A DNA stretch of 59,152 bases, filler included, from Sphacelaria rigidula (taxonomy: Eukaryota): assembly GCA_964200075.2 (NCBI GenBank). It is 9 parts of 9 records of this genome, joined end to end, with 100 filler letters (N's around TTAATTAATTAA, not from the genome) between each part and the next. Parts side by side here need not be neighbours in the genome. Positions count along the whole stretch, not along the records: positions 1 to 6,484 come from CAXNAA020019803.1; positions 6,585 to 13,068 come from CAXNAA020019804.1; 7 more parts are not named here. One strand, 5' to 3'. The notes beneath the pieces were generated by a model that did not search any database, was not told the DNA's origin, and saw nothing but the letters and a program-made list of their open reading frames with translations. The first letter of the stretch is position 1. Every line of letters starts with the position of its first letter. Position numbers and translations under genes: made by a program. This document shows positions 1 through 10,610 of this stretch, in pieces.

Positions 1-296
1 CCCCCCCCCCCCCCCCCCCCGTCCTTTTCCCTCCTGCTCTCCGTCGCACAGAGCCAAAATTGTCAGAATCGTGCTTATGGCTTGAGCGATGGCATGAGCA
101 CCCGCTGAGAAGCACAAATTCATGACTTTGTTGCCTATTTGAACGAGTCCTGTACGCATCAACAAAGCGATGTTATGCCTTCTTATTTCCCATACGTATC
201 ATATCTAGTTGACCCCGGCTTTTCTAAACGCATGAGGTATCATCTGTGCTCATTCTCAACATATGCGTGTGACGTGGTTTGACGTGGTTTGGCAAG

Positions 297-3200
297 GGGG
301 ACGCCAGTGGATCAACCATGATACAAGCCTTCGCTGGGAGGCCCGTTATCCGAGCAAGCGCCGGCTACAATCATAGTGCCGCCATCACCTCCTCTGGTCG
401 ATTGTTCTCCTGGGGCAGCGCTGCTACGGGGAAGGTGCTTGGTTTCCAGCTGGCCGTATGGTTTCGCTTTTTATTCGGCAATATAACAAGGCGGACGTCT
501 TGAAGGGCTGGCGAGTATGCGGGGGGCAGGGGTTAAACGTGGTACATTATTATACTCTTACTTGTGGCTCCAACGGGGGAGACAGCAGAAATGACGCGGG
601 GATCTCGTTTTTTTATTTACTATATCCATATATCTATGAGCACACGTAGGTATGCCATCGATAGTTCGAGGGAAGGTTTGGAACGCACCCATAGCAATAG
701 TGGTTTGTGTCCGCGGAGCACCTGCTCATTACTCCCTTAATGTAAACACATGACCCTTCTTGTTTGACCTTGATCTAGATCTTCGTCTCAAGTGTTTTCT
801 ATACCTATATCGCCCCGTTGCCCTCATCCCTCGTCACAACCCTGTTTACCGTAATATTCTGCCGCGTGTGATTCGCGTGCGCAACAGCTTGGACTAGGAA
901 CGGTGGATCGAGACGTGTACTGCAGCGTGCCCACGAAGGTCATGCTGGACACAAAATCCAAGATCAAGGAAGTGAGCCTTCGAAATTACTATGGGCGAGG
1001 GGGAAGGGGGTGTACTCATGATCTCGCATGCCGTAGTCCTCTGATCGTTGACCGTACATCCCTACAAAGCCGTGACGGAGAACGCCGGGTTTCCGCCAGA
1101 CCGGGCTCGCAATCAATCACCAAGCGCGAAGCGCCGTGATGTGTTCGGTGAGTCGCATGAAAGGTGAGCTGCATCCTGCTAAGGTTGTTCGGCCCGAGGC
1201 CTACTGGTTATCTTGCATTTGGATGACAGCCTCGAATGAGTTGCTGTATTTTCTGGTATCGCCACTTGCAGATACAGCCACGGATTACACACTGTCTCAT
1301 GGGTATCTCACCATTTAAACACTACGTGGGATGATCATCCACTTTGCGCGAAATTGAGATTTTCCCATCCCGCAAAATGCGAATTAGCTCGAACGTTATC
1401 ATAGTGACCGCAAAAAAGAACACAAGCGCGCGAAAACAATCGTTAACCTGGTTGCCTAGGTTACACAGTGAGTGGCGTGTTTTACAGCGTCGTTGCAAAC
1501 CGACGCCAACCCGATGGGGGGGTGTACTCACGATCTTGCGTGTCATAGCCATATGACCGTTGACCTCGGGGGGGAGGGGGGGGGGGCGACTTCATTAACC
1601 TCAATAACTGCGTCGGCAAAAGATAATGTCGAAAAGGGCACGTAAAGTGGTTCTCCGTGAAGACAAATGGCAATCTTGATTCACTTTGGCCTGTCATGGC
1701 ACCCTATCCTTCTTCAGGAGATGCGAACGGTCATGCCACAGGGTTTTCTCACGGCAAACTGCAAGCACATTTGAATACGAACAAGCAGCAGAGCAGTGAC
1801 GCTGCAATCGCTCTTGAGTGTTCCCCGCGTGGTATTTCGCGCAGTACCTGAAATGCCACTGCGTAACCCCCCCACGACCGGTAGGTCAGCTGTGGAGCGG
1901 CGCACACAGCGTGTGTAGTAGCATCAGGACAATTGTTTGTGTGGGGCTGTGGCGACGGTGGGAGGCTGGGACTAGGGGAGCATAGGCTAGGCATACAGTT
2001 TGAGCCAATCTTGGTGGAAGCGCTGGTGGAGGAGAGATTCACTTCCGTCAGCTGCGGGAACTCTCACACCCTGGTAAAATGGCTTAGGCCACGATGGGAG
2101 CACGATGGGAGTACGATGAATCAGAGTCGCGATGAGTTCTATTACGTGCTTACCGTGGTGGAGTTTCGACCGGAGCAAATCCGTCGTGGTCGCCTTTTAT
2201 ACCTTGTGTGTGCGTGCCCGGGTGGAAATTGGAACATAATAGGTCAGATAATCACAATATGTACCTGCACGGGTGCTTCCATCATTTTCAACGTTTGACC
2301 CACGTCGGTAAGGTTTGTTGTTCTGATTGAAATCGTCGTCTGTCGTGCGGTATGGCCATCTCATGGTAAATTCTGCATGTGTGTGTGCCTATGTACGTAT
2401 AATAGCACCTAGAAGTATCGTCGTTTCTGGTGGGCGCTTTGTTGAGAGCCTGGGATAAGGAGAGAATCGTACGGGTTGTGCCCAAGTTCTGCTCTCTCAG
2501 TAGCGCATCTTGGCACAAATACTCAAGAACCGCACGCTCCATCTCATCATTCGCGTATACTATGCAAAATAGTACAAGGTTGCGTCCTGTAGGGTATACC
2601 GGATGAACTCATTACTAGGGTATATACACAAGTACAAGGGAGGTATTTCATCAGCAAATGCCCTTCCGAACCATATCGGATAGTTGGAACAGGGCTCGAT
2701 ACCCTGACGGACAATACCGGGATGTTCGGTATACATTTCGGTAGGTTTAGTATGCCAACCAAAAATCCCCGACGTCCGGGTATACCCGACAGACTACAAC
2801 CTTGAAATAATAGGATATCGTATCTCCCATATCTTGCCGCAAAACGCCCGAACGGAAAACAATTATCACAACCATAGTATCGTCATGCGCACATGTATGT
2901 TCTCGCTGTCCCTTTGTAATGCGTGAGAGGACCGCGTGCTTAGAGAACCGCATCAGAATTTAAACACCCTTATGGTTATGGTTAGGGTTAGTGTTAGTGT
3001 AGGGGTTGGGGTCAGGAGCGTGGTCCCTGCAGGGACTGGCCCGATTGGTTTTGAAAAAAGCCGATCCTGAGGTGTTTTGGACTACGACGCGATCCTCTAA
3101 GCACGCGGTCCTCTCACGCATTACACCTTGCCAAGCACTTCCACCCTTGCCGCTAACAAGAGCAGGAAAAGAAATGGCAACACGGGAAAGCACAGTCGAA

Positions 3201-6200
3201 ACCGTCATCTGAAGAACCTGTGTGGGTTTTGAAACCACTGATGAGTGACTGCTCGCGCTGAATTTCGCATGACCAGGCGCTGACCGCGGTTCGAGAAGTA
3301 TTCGAAGGCGAGGGTGTGAATCGGGCAAAAGTTCAAAGGGGTGGCCAAATCTTGCAGGCGGGCTCGACAAACGTACTGGGTAAATTCTGCCCGGAGTTCA
3401 CGCTAGTACAGGGCTTGGAAGACCTCGCAATCAAACAGGTCAGACTGCTATGCTGTTTAATGTAACAATCTATGGGTTCCATATTGTGAGCCTGCAGGTA
3501 GGTACAAGTTCATCGCTGTAGCTCGGCGACTTCTGTACTCGTGTGCTAGGTCGCCCCTCTACCGTGATGTCTTCGTACCCACGGGGTGGTTTGCTACTTT
3601 TGTTTCGGATTAATTTTCAGGACAAGTCGTGGTACGGTGGGCCGCGCGACATGCTTGCTTTGATATCAACGATAGTGTGTGTTCGACTGACTGCTGATAA
3701 TAAGAAAAGACCCTCGCGACGGCAGTGTGATCTTACGGGATCCAAGCACGCCTTCGTTGCCGACAAACGAGTGGATTCGCCCCGCCGCTACAAAACGTCA
3801 AGACAATATTGTTTTTGTACTTGTCATCGGAGATTGCTCTCTAAGAAGCAAAAACGTTCCTTCCTTTCGAGCGACGCACGGGCATTGGTCAAACGATCAA
3901 GACATGCGAAACACCAGTATTCCCCCTCCTCCCTGCCTACCCTCCCGCTCGCAGGTGTCGGCAGGGTATGGACATAGCTGCTGCGTGACCACAGAGGGAG
4001 AGCTATACACGTGGGGAAGCAATCGCGACGGGTGCCTTGGCCTTCCTCGGGCGACCAAGTTCGCTACCCTTCCGCAGGTGTCGCTTTTGCACGTACTGCA
4101 TGTCTTGAACAGAGGAGACAAGACGGACTCAAGAACGATCGACGTTGTTACTTGTGTGGATCGTGTGCGGGAAATACTCCTCTCTCGTTGTATCTCTCAT
4201 TTCAATTATCGCATCCATTGATTCTTAGACATCTCTCCTCACGAGCTGCATGTCACGGATATTTATCGCATCACCATTTAAACCAAATTTACCTACAGAC
4301 ATGTACCGTGATCAGTGGATGACAAACAAATGGCGCTCTAGGCGTCAGGATCGTTGCCTTCACCCTCCAAAGGAAAGAGTAAACGGCCACTACGATGCTG
4401 CCAGCCACTCACGGTACCCCAGCATGCACTGATGAACAGTTAACCACCCCGTGCACGGGCGTCACATTTTCAACGAATACTCTCCCGTCCGTATGTATCA
4501 CTTTTTGTAATCAATGGTTGCAGCTGGTGTCTTGTCTTTATGTTCGCCCGAAGAACCTCGCCTTGGGTTGTTCTGCCCGCCAGAGCAGTGTGTACGATGG
4601 TTTGGGCGCAGAGATCGTTGTGGACGGCGACCGGTCCGGGGACGACCCGCGCCGGTGTAACTGCACGCAGCAGGACCCGCAGGGGTGGTGGGAGGTGGAT
4701 TTAGGGGAGCTTGTCCACGTTCATCAAGTGAAGGTATTTTTCAATTTCAGGAGGACATACTTCAATGTTGTCGCTAGCGTTTTCATTAATTCTCTGTGTG
4801 CTACTGCTGTTGCTGCTTGACCGGGCTCGCTCTCTTCCCTCCATCAATGACGTCTTGCGATGTACTACAGAATCTACTGTCTCCAGCGATTGATCATGTG
4901 CCCCCTTCATCATACACGCTTCCGTGCCCCTCACCTGAACTATTGCCGCACCAAACTTTCATACTTGCAGGTTTGGAATCGGTGCGACGAACCTACGGAC
5001 CCCTCTTTGGAACGTGACTTCTACGCCAAGCGACTCTTCCCGTGTCTTGTTATGGCGGCACAAGAGCAGTTCAACGACCAAGTCGGGGGAGGGGCATTGC
5101 TTGATGCCATGAACATGTCGGTCGCCCGCACCCATTTACGAGAGGCAAGAGTCAACTTTACAAGAGGCGTAACTCGGGAAAACCCTCACTTTACGTAGTT
5201 CTACCATGTCACACATTTCGTGGACTCAGGCAGTATGCAGCATGCGGTACACCTTCGTAGTTCCGTTGTACATAGTGTATGCGCTGGATGCACTTTGTGC
5301 GTCTCCGTTGCCCTCCGTGCTCCCCGCTTGGGCACACCTTCAGTATTCACCTCGAAGATTATATGCTAAATACGGTAGACCGGTGTCTGCCGTAATGTTT
5401 ACCGTCAACGTGGCGACACGCAGACTCCTTGCACAGATAGAAGCGTTGGTACTCTCCGTTGACAATAGGCACACTTTATGAGTTGGCTACATTCCGCCTT
5501 ATTCAGTTCTACTGAAAGGCACACTTCACTTCGTGTCATGTTGTCTCGTGTTTCCGTAGGTGCAAAAATGTTCGGTGTGGACATGTCCAGATCAGACCAT
5601 GGCTCGCTACATCCGTGTGCAGCTAGAGGGCTTCGATTTTCTTCACATTGCCCAGGTGCGGTACTATAAGCGTATTTCGCTACGATAATCAATACAGTAA
5701 TAATAACCAAAGTCGCGACTACCGCATGTTTGGAGATGGTGAGAAATTTTAATATCACAAAAAAGATTGGAATCGCACGGCTTCTCGGCAACGCTACTTC
5801 TCATATAGTCCAAATACCTCGCGCTGTCCTCTCACGATGTTCATTATATTGCAACATGATGGTAATCCTGCTGAGACTGATGTACACCGCTCACGAGACG
5901 GAAAACACGATTACCATACGTCTCCTGAAAATCGCGTGCGCAGCGTCTCCTCTTTTGAATCCCTCTTCGCCACCAGTACACAGTGGCAACGCAAAGCGTA
6001 TTCGTATGCAGCATGTTTACGCCCGGCTTCGAGTACCTCCGCAGGAAAGTCCGACGGACTCGACTCCCCCACCGTAGTTCCTGGTTCCCTAAACTGTTGA
6101 AGACACATGAGTAGTACTTCGACACCTCGCCAATTCCTCGACCGAAACTGTAGGTAGAGGTGTTTGGAACCACGGGAGCGAGACGCTCCCCTGGCCGAGC

Positions 6201-6384
6201 TACCAGCTGCTGCGCGGGTAAGTACGTCACCACGGCCGTCATCGCCGCCGCCCAAGATGCGGCCGACGTGGCGGTGGCGTACAAGAAGGCTATCCAGGCA
6301 GACGCTTTCAACGCTGAAGTTCTGCGTCAGCTAGAGACGTTTTTCTTCGCGTACGACGAGTGGGGCAGGGGAGACTCCATCAAG
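297..6384 (+). CDS. RCC1-repeat protein with an F-type lectin / galactose-binding-like domain (partial, 9 exons, both ends outside the contig)
   Basis: Exons at 297-434, 888-971, 1885-2073, 3277-3438, 3955-4077, 4524-4733, 4971-5144 (or 5150), 5560-5655 and 6154-6384 have AG acceptors and GT donors (one possibly GC) and splice into one open frame. RCC1 motifs: SAGYNHSAAITSSGRLFSWGSAATGK|LGLG, VSCGAAHTACVVASGQLFVWGCGDGGRLGLG, VSAGYGHSCCVTTEGELYTWGSNRDGCLGL. Lectin-like segment: NLALGCSARQSS..VVDGD..WWEVDLG..VK|VWNRCD..ARYIRVQLEG..LHIAQ|VEVFG. Confidence 0.9.
999..1085 (-). mobile_element. 5'-truncated LINE 3' end (poly(C)-ended family), intronic
   Basis: Reverse complement reads AGGGATGTACGGTCAACGATCAGAGGACTACGGCATGCGAGATCATGAGTACACCCCCTTCCCCC, which aligns by eye with the LINE 3' end at 45855-45950. 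Confidence 0.75.
1516..1586 (-). mobile_element. About 45-bp LINE 3'-end stub flanked by C-tracts on both sides
   Basis: Reverse complement: C-tract + GAGGTCAACGGTCATATGGCTATGACACGCAAGATCGTGAGTACA + CCCCCCC. Confidence 0.7.
2575..2804. mobile_element. hAT-like MITE in intron 3 of the RCC1 gene
   Basis: Imperfect TIR of about 26 bp (CAAGGTTGCGTCCTGTAGGGTATACC / GGGTATACCCGACAGACTACAACCTTG). Flanking 8-bp TSD AAATAGTA / AAATAATA has 1 mismatch. Confidence 0.75.
2915..3125. mobile_element. MITE with perfect 31-bp TIRs, 4-bp TSD and internal telomere-like repeats
   Basis: TGTAATGCGTGAGAGGACCGCGTGCTTAGAG (2915-2945) and its exact reverse complement (3095-3125). CCTT lies on both flanks. Internal GGTTATGGTTAGGGTTAGTGTTAG. 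A second copy is at about 57015-57150. Confidence 0.85.
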
Positions 6385-6484
6385 GTGCGCACCGAGATTT
6401 TTCCACAGGTACTATGCGATGGGGGGGGGGGGGGGGGGGGGTGATATTGGACGGAGCAGGAAAGAAAGCGAAGAGAGGGGGTTG

Positions 6485-6584
6485 NNNNNNNNNNNNNNNN
6501 NNNNNNNNNNNNNNNNNNNNNNNNNNNNTTAATTAATTAANNNNNNNNNNNNNNNNNNNNNNNNNNNNNNNNNNNNNNNNNNNN
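6485..6584. other. Artificial contig spacer (44 N + TTAATTAATTAA + 44 N)
   Basis: The same 100-bp spacer recurs at 13069-13168, 19653-19752, 26237-26336, 32821-32920, 39404-39503, 45987-46086 and 52570-52669. The contigs between are 6484 or 6483 bp. Confidence 0.98.
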
Positions 6585-6695
6585 CCCAAGTGTGGAGGGA
6601 TTTCTCACACACTTTAGAACCCTTTTTTTCGTCCAACCCAACCCCCCCCCCCCCCCCTATCGTAGGGTGACTCTAAGGCTCATGTCAAGACTCTC

Positions 6696-9600
6696 TTGAT
6701 GTACGAGAAGGGTTGGAAACGAAACCTGACTTTACTGATGACGATATTTGTGGCTACTGACAAGTGGAAACTTGTAGAATTTGTAGAACGCCGTGATGGT
6801 GGGCCAAATACGGGTGGATATCGTCGTAAACAAAAACAGCAGCAGCAGTCGCCTGCGCGAGGGACATCTACTCGCAAATGCTATAACTGTGGAGACCATG
6901 GGCATATTTTCAGAAGTTGCCCCAAGCCTCGCGCTGAAGGCGCTGCGCAAGGAAATGCGCGAGATGGGTCGAGATCTCGAGGTGGTCGTTGTGGCGGACA
7001 AGGGCGGAGCAACCAGAGATACGGGTGCAGAGGCAGGGGCCAAAAACGAAACCAAGCGACGGAGAAGTGTATTTCCGCCGCTACTGTATCCCAAACTGCG
7101 TTTTCAAGTGATGACACTAGATCTCCAGGTTCGCCTGTATCGGGGCGGCTAACATATGTGGGAAAAGCTGATACTTTGATAGGGAGTGCTGGAGCGGAAG
7201 GCTCGCAACCCATGGGCCTGGCAGGATTCGTATCGGGTGTATCTTCCACTGTTGCGACGAATGAAAAAGCATCGATGTCAAGTGCTGGAGCGCTGCCTTG
7301 GCGTCGAGTGACTCTAGGTACTAAACAGAGTTTTTCTTCGGCAGGGGTGGTGCCTGTCGACCGCAGCGCAGAATGCATGCACGCTGATCTATCTATACCC
7401 GGCTCTGTTGGTTCATTTATGGCTCGCGTTTTTCTCGACTCTGGATCAGCACTCACATCGATAAGTGTGGGGTTGCTGCAACAGCTGTCTTCACAGTTTG
7501 GATGCGCCCAGCTACAACTACCATTTGAAAATGGACCGCAAATGGCACAGAGCGCCACGGGTGCGCCCGTGACTACTTCTCATAAAACGGTTCCTATTGC
7601 TGTAAGCGTGCGAACGCCGTGGGGGTGCTGTGGAGATGCCGCCAATCACTTTCGCGGTCATGCCTGGCACCGACAACGTGGTGTTGTTTGGCATGGCGGC
7701 TATGAAGAAACTCGGGGTAGATTTGTACCCGCTGGCTTTCGAAACGTTACGCCCGCGTGCTGTGCCGGTGCAGATCGGCATGAACAACCCCAACTATCTT
7801 CCGGCTAGGCGGGTGATCGTCCCTGAGTGGTCGTTTCAAAGTGAGAGTCAGAACGATACAGGTGGAGAGGAAGAGGGAGCTCCTGAGAGTGGAGCCGTAC
7901 CGCCTATGAGGGTGCAGCCCCGGTCACAGGCGACGGCTGCGAAGGCCCAGCCCAATTACAACGATCCGGTGAAGGCCGGGTGGCTAGCTTCGTGCATTGC
8001 AGTTTTGGTGGCGTTTGGGTTACCGTACTGCAGTTTGGAGTCAAGCTTGGAGAGAGCGGCGATGGAAATGCCGGAATATTTCTGCTCGCGACGAGTGAGC
8101 GAATCCAAGGTGGGGGCGCACATTCTCCCTCCCCACGAGGATATGGTACATGGTGGGGATAAGGTGCATGGTACTCGCCCGGAGGAGGTGACGGAATTCA
8201 ATTTCCTCAGCGATGGAGCGAGTGGTCAGCTGAAAAATGGTGGGTTGGACGACGGAGATCCGATCCAAGATGATTTGGCGATCAAAGACGATGTGATCAA
8301 CTTCGTGTGGTTGGAGCCCGCAAAGTCTAGTGTGGAGGCGAAGAAGGTGGAGCATTTTCTGGCATGGTTCAAAGCAAAATCGATAGGGTCGCCGGAGGTA
8401 TGGGTCGGCGATACGGGATGGCATGTGAAGCATTGTGCGGTGAGAGCGTTTGATAAGGCGTTGATGGATCGTAGATTTCGGATGGTCACTTTGCCGTTGT
8501 CCCATCGTGAATGTAAACGAATGATGCATGATATTGCTCATATAATGTCAGGGCAGGTGCTTAATGAGGATGGTGTGGTGCCCTCGAGAGCTGTTGCTAT
8601 GCGGGACTGTATGATTGTTCCCGTTGCTCCTTCCGCTTCGCCTAAAAAAGCGACTGAAACAGGAGAAGTCGTCGATGCGCAAGCTTCTGTTGAGGCAGAG
8701 TTTTTGTCGCATTGGTTCGGCAGTAAGGACATGCTGTTTGGTGGCATGTTGAGATTCACCATGGGGGTGCTAGTGGTGGCTGCTGGGAGCTACCGTACGA
8801 AAGGAATTGTTGCTCTATGGTGTGCAGAAGGTGGTGGTTCCAGTGCTGCTACTTCGCAGGAGCGGATTGGAAGCCTACGAAGCGAGAATCACCTGAGATG
8901 AGTGATGTAGTGGTGAGCTCCGGATTGGGGATATGATATTGTTGAGGAGCAAGTACTTGTAAGGGTACTTGTTGAGCATGAGAAAACACAAGATGACTGG
9001 TATTTCCGAATCGTTTTCTGACGATTAAAGGTTGTTATGGTTTGCTTTTTGGGTCATATTTGTGTTGCTGTTCGCGCATGAAGCATGACAGTAGAGCGGG
9101 TGTGCTCGTGTTGCGTTCGCTGGAAAATGCTGGTGTACGCGTGGAATTTGGTATGCATGTGTTGTGCTGCTCGAAACAGTATGCATGATGCATGGTTTGT
9201 GCAACACGGGTTGCATTGCAGGTCCTGAGTAAAGTATTGGCATGCATGTACGAACTTTTGTATGCTGAGTGGGATCTTGGCATGCATGTGTGGAATTTCG
9301 CTCGAATGCTACTGGTGTGCATGGTGTCTGATGACCGTCAGGGCGAGGCAGTTAATAAAACACTGCTGGATGATGAATGAGATGAAACTCGTACTGACTG
9401 TAGGGGACGGTGACTGCTGCTGATGACGTGAAAATGAGCTGAAACTACAAAATGCGTGGGCTCGTTGTCTGTGAGCAGAGATCACACGAGTTCTCGTGTG
9501 TTTGAGGATGAAACATTATGCACGTATGAAAACTTATCCTTGCCCGTGGCACGGTTTTGGCGATACTGTTTAAGGTATTGCGCCAGGTGAGGATTATTCA

Positions 9601-10609
9601 ATTTGATTTTTGTACGTAGGAAGTAGCAAACTTGACGGTACTAACTGTCTGATGGTTTGCTGTATGTTTGTTATCCCGGATCATTTGACAAATTTCGTTT
9701 GGTTGGAACCAACCGAGGCCTGCACTGCCGAGGTTACGGCTAAGTATTTGTTGCAATGGTGCAAAACTTTGGGGATGCGGCGTGTGTGGGTTAGTGATAC
9801 CGCCACGCACTTCGAGAACTAAGTACAAGAATCGCGCAGTAGAGCGACGCGCTGGAGGTGCAACACCCATTTGATGTTACGTATACCCATTGATCGAATG
9901 GTTCTGAAGCAATGGTCATGTTATTGTTTTGGTCGATTGAGATGGGTTCGGTACTGAAGAAAGTACGTAAAAGTCTCTTCGGAAGATAAATGTTTCTGCG
10001 CCTGAATTTGTTGCGATAAAATTGCGTAAACTGAGGTTGTCTCAGGCGCTGACGAGTGAATTAGCGTCGGAGTATGGAATTGCTTTGTGATTTGGAGCAT
10101 GCGAATTCGCCTTGGTCTTTGCTGGTTGTCAAGCTCGTTCGTTTGTCTTGAACTCGCTTTGGGGGTGCTGTAGCCAAAATACACCAAGGCGTAGTAGATG
10201 TAGCATGTAGGATCCTGGATGATGACCAGGCGACAAGGGCATCCTGTGGATGATGACCCTCGCTGAATAGCCTAAGCCTGAAGGTACAGGCCGCGGCTGC
10301 TTACTTCGTGAATGGATGCTCCAAGAGACGTTCTTATCGAGCGTGAGGTCAGTGGATTCTGGGGAAGTCCCTCACTGAATAGCCCTCTTGTCCAGATCGT
10401 CTGGCAGAGGCTATAGGTGTACTGTATTCATGACACACAGTTTTCAAATAAATCGAGATCCTCCACTCAGTCCTATGATTCCGTACTGTGCGCAAGTCAA
10501 TACATGTATCTTATACGCAAGTCAGTACATGCATTATAATATACGAATCAAGTACGTACCGTGTTTTATTTTCCTGCTACCAATCAACCATTTCGTTTTC
10601 TGACTAACA
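6696..10609 (+). mobile_element. Ty3/gypsy-derived LTR element lacking RT/RNase H (gag zinc knuckle, protease, degenerate integrase x2, putative 3' LTR 10169-10609)
   Basis: CYNCGDHGHIFRSC knuckle and FLDSGSALTSIS aspartic protease lie in ORF 6696-7808. A frameshift leads into ORF 7630-8901 with an integrase-like segment (HGTRPEEVTEFNFL..DDVINFVWLEP..PEVWVGDTG). A second integrase fragment is at about 9580-9900 (DFLYVG..NFVWLEPTEACTAEVTAKYLLQWCKTLG..WVSDTATHFEN*). GGGGGTGC precedes a TGTAG...CTAACA segment. The LTR limits are tentative. Confidence 0.8.
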
Positions 10610-10610
10610 A

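Noticed and set aside
2970..3016. True telomere
   Set aside because: The tract is short, degenerate and internal to a MITE inside an intron.
6529..6540. TTAATTAATTAA as a biological motif
   Set aside because: It is identical in all eight N-spacers and is an assembly linker. ORFs that run into the Ns are artefacts.
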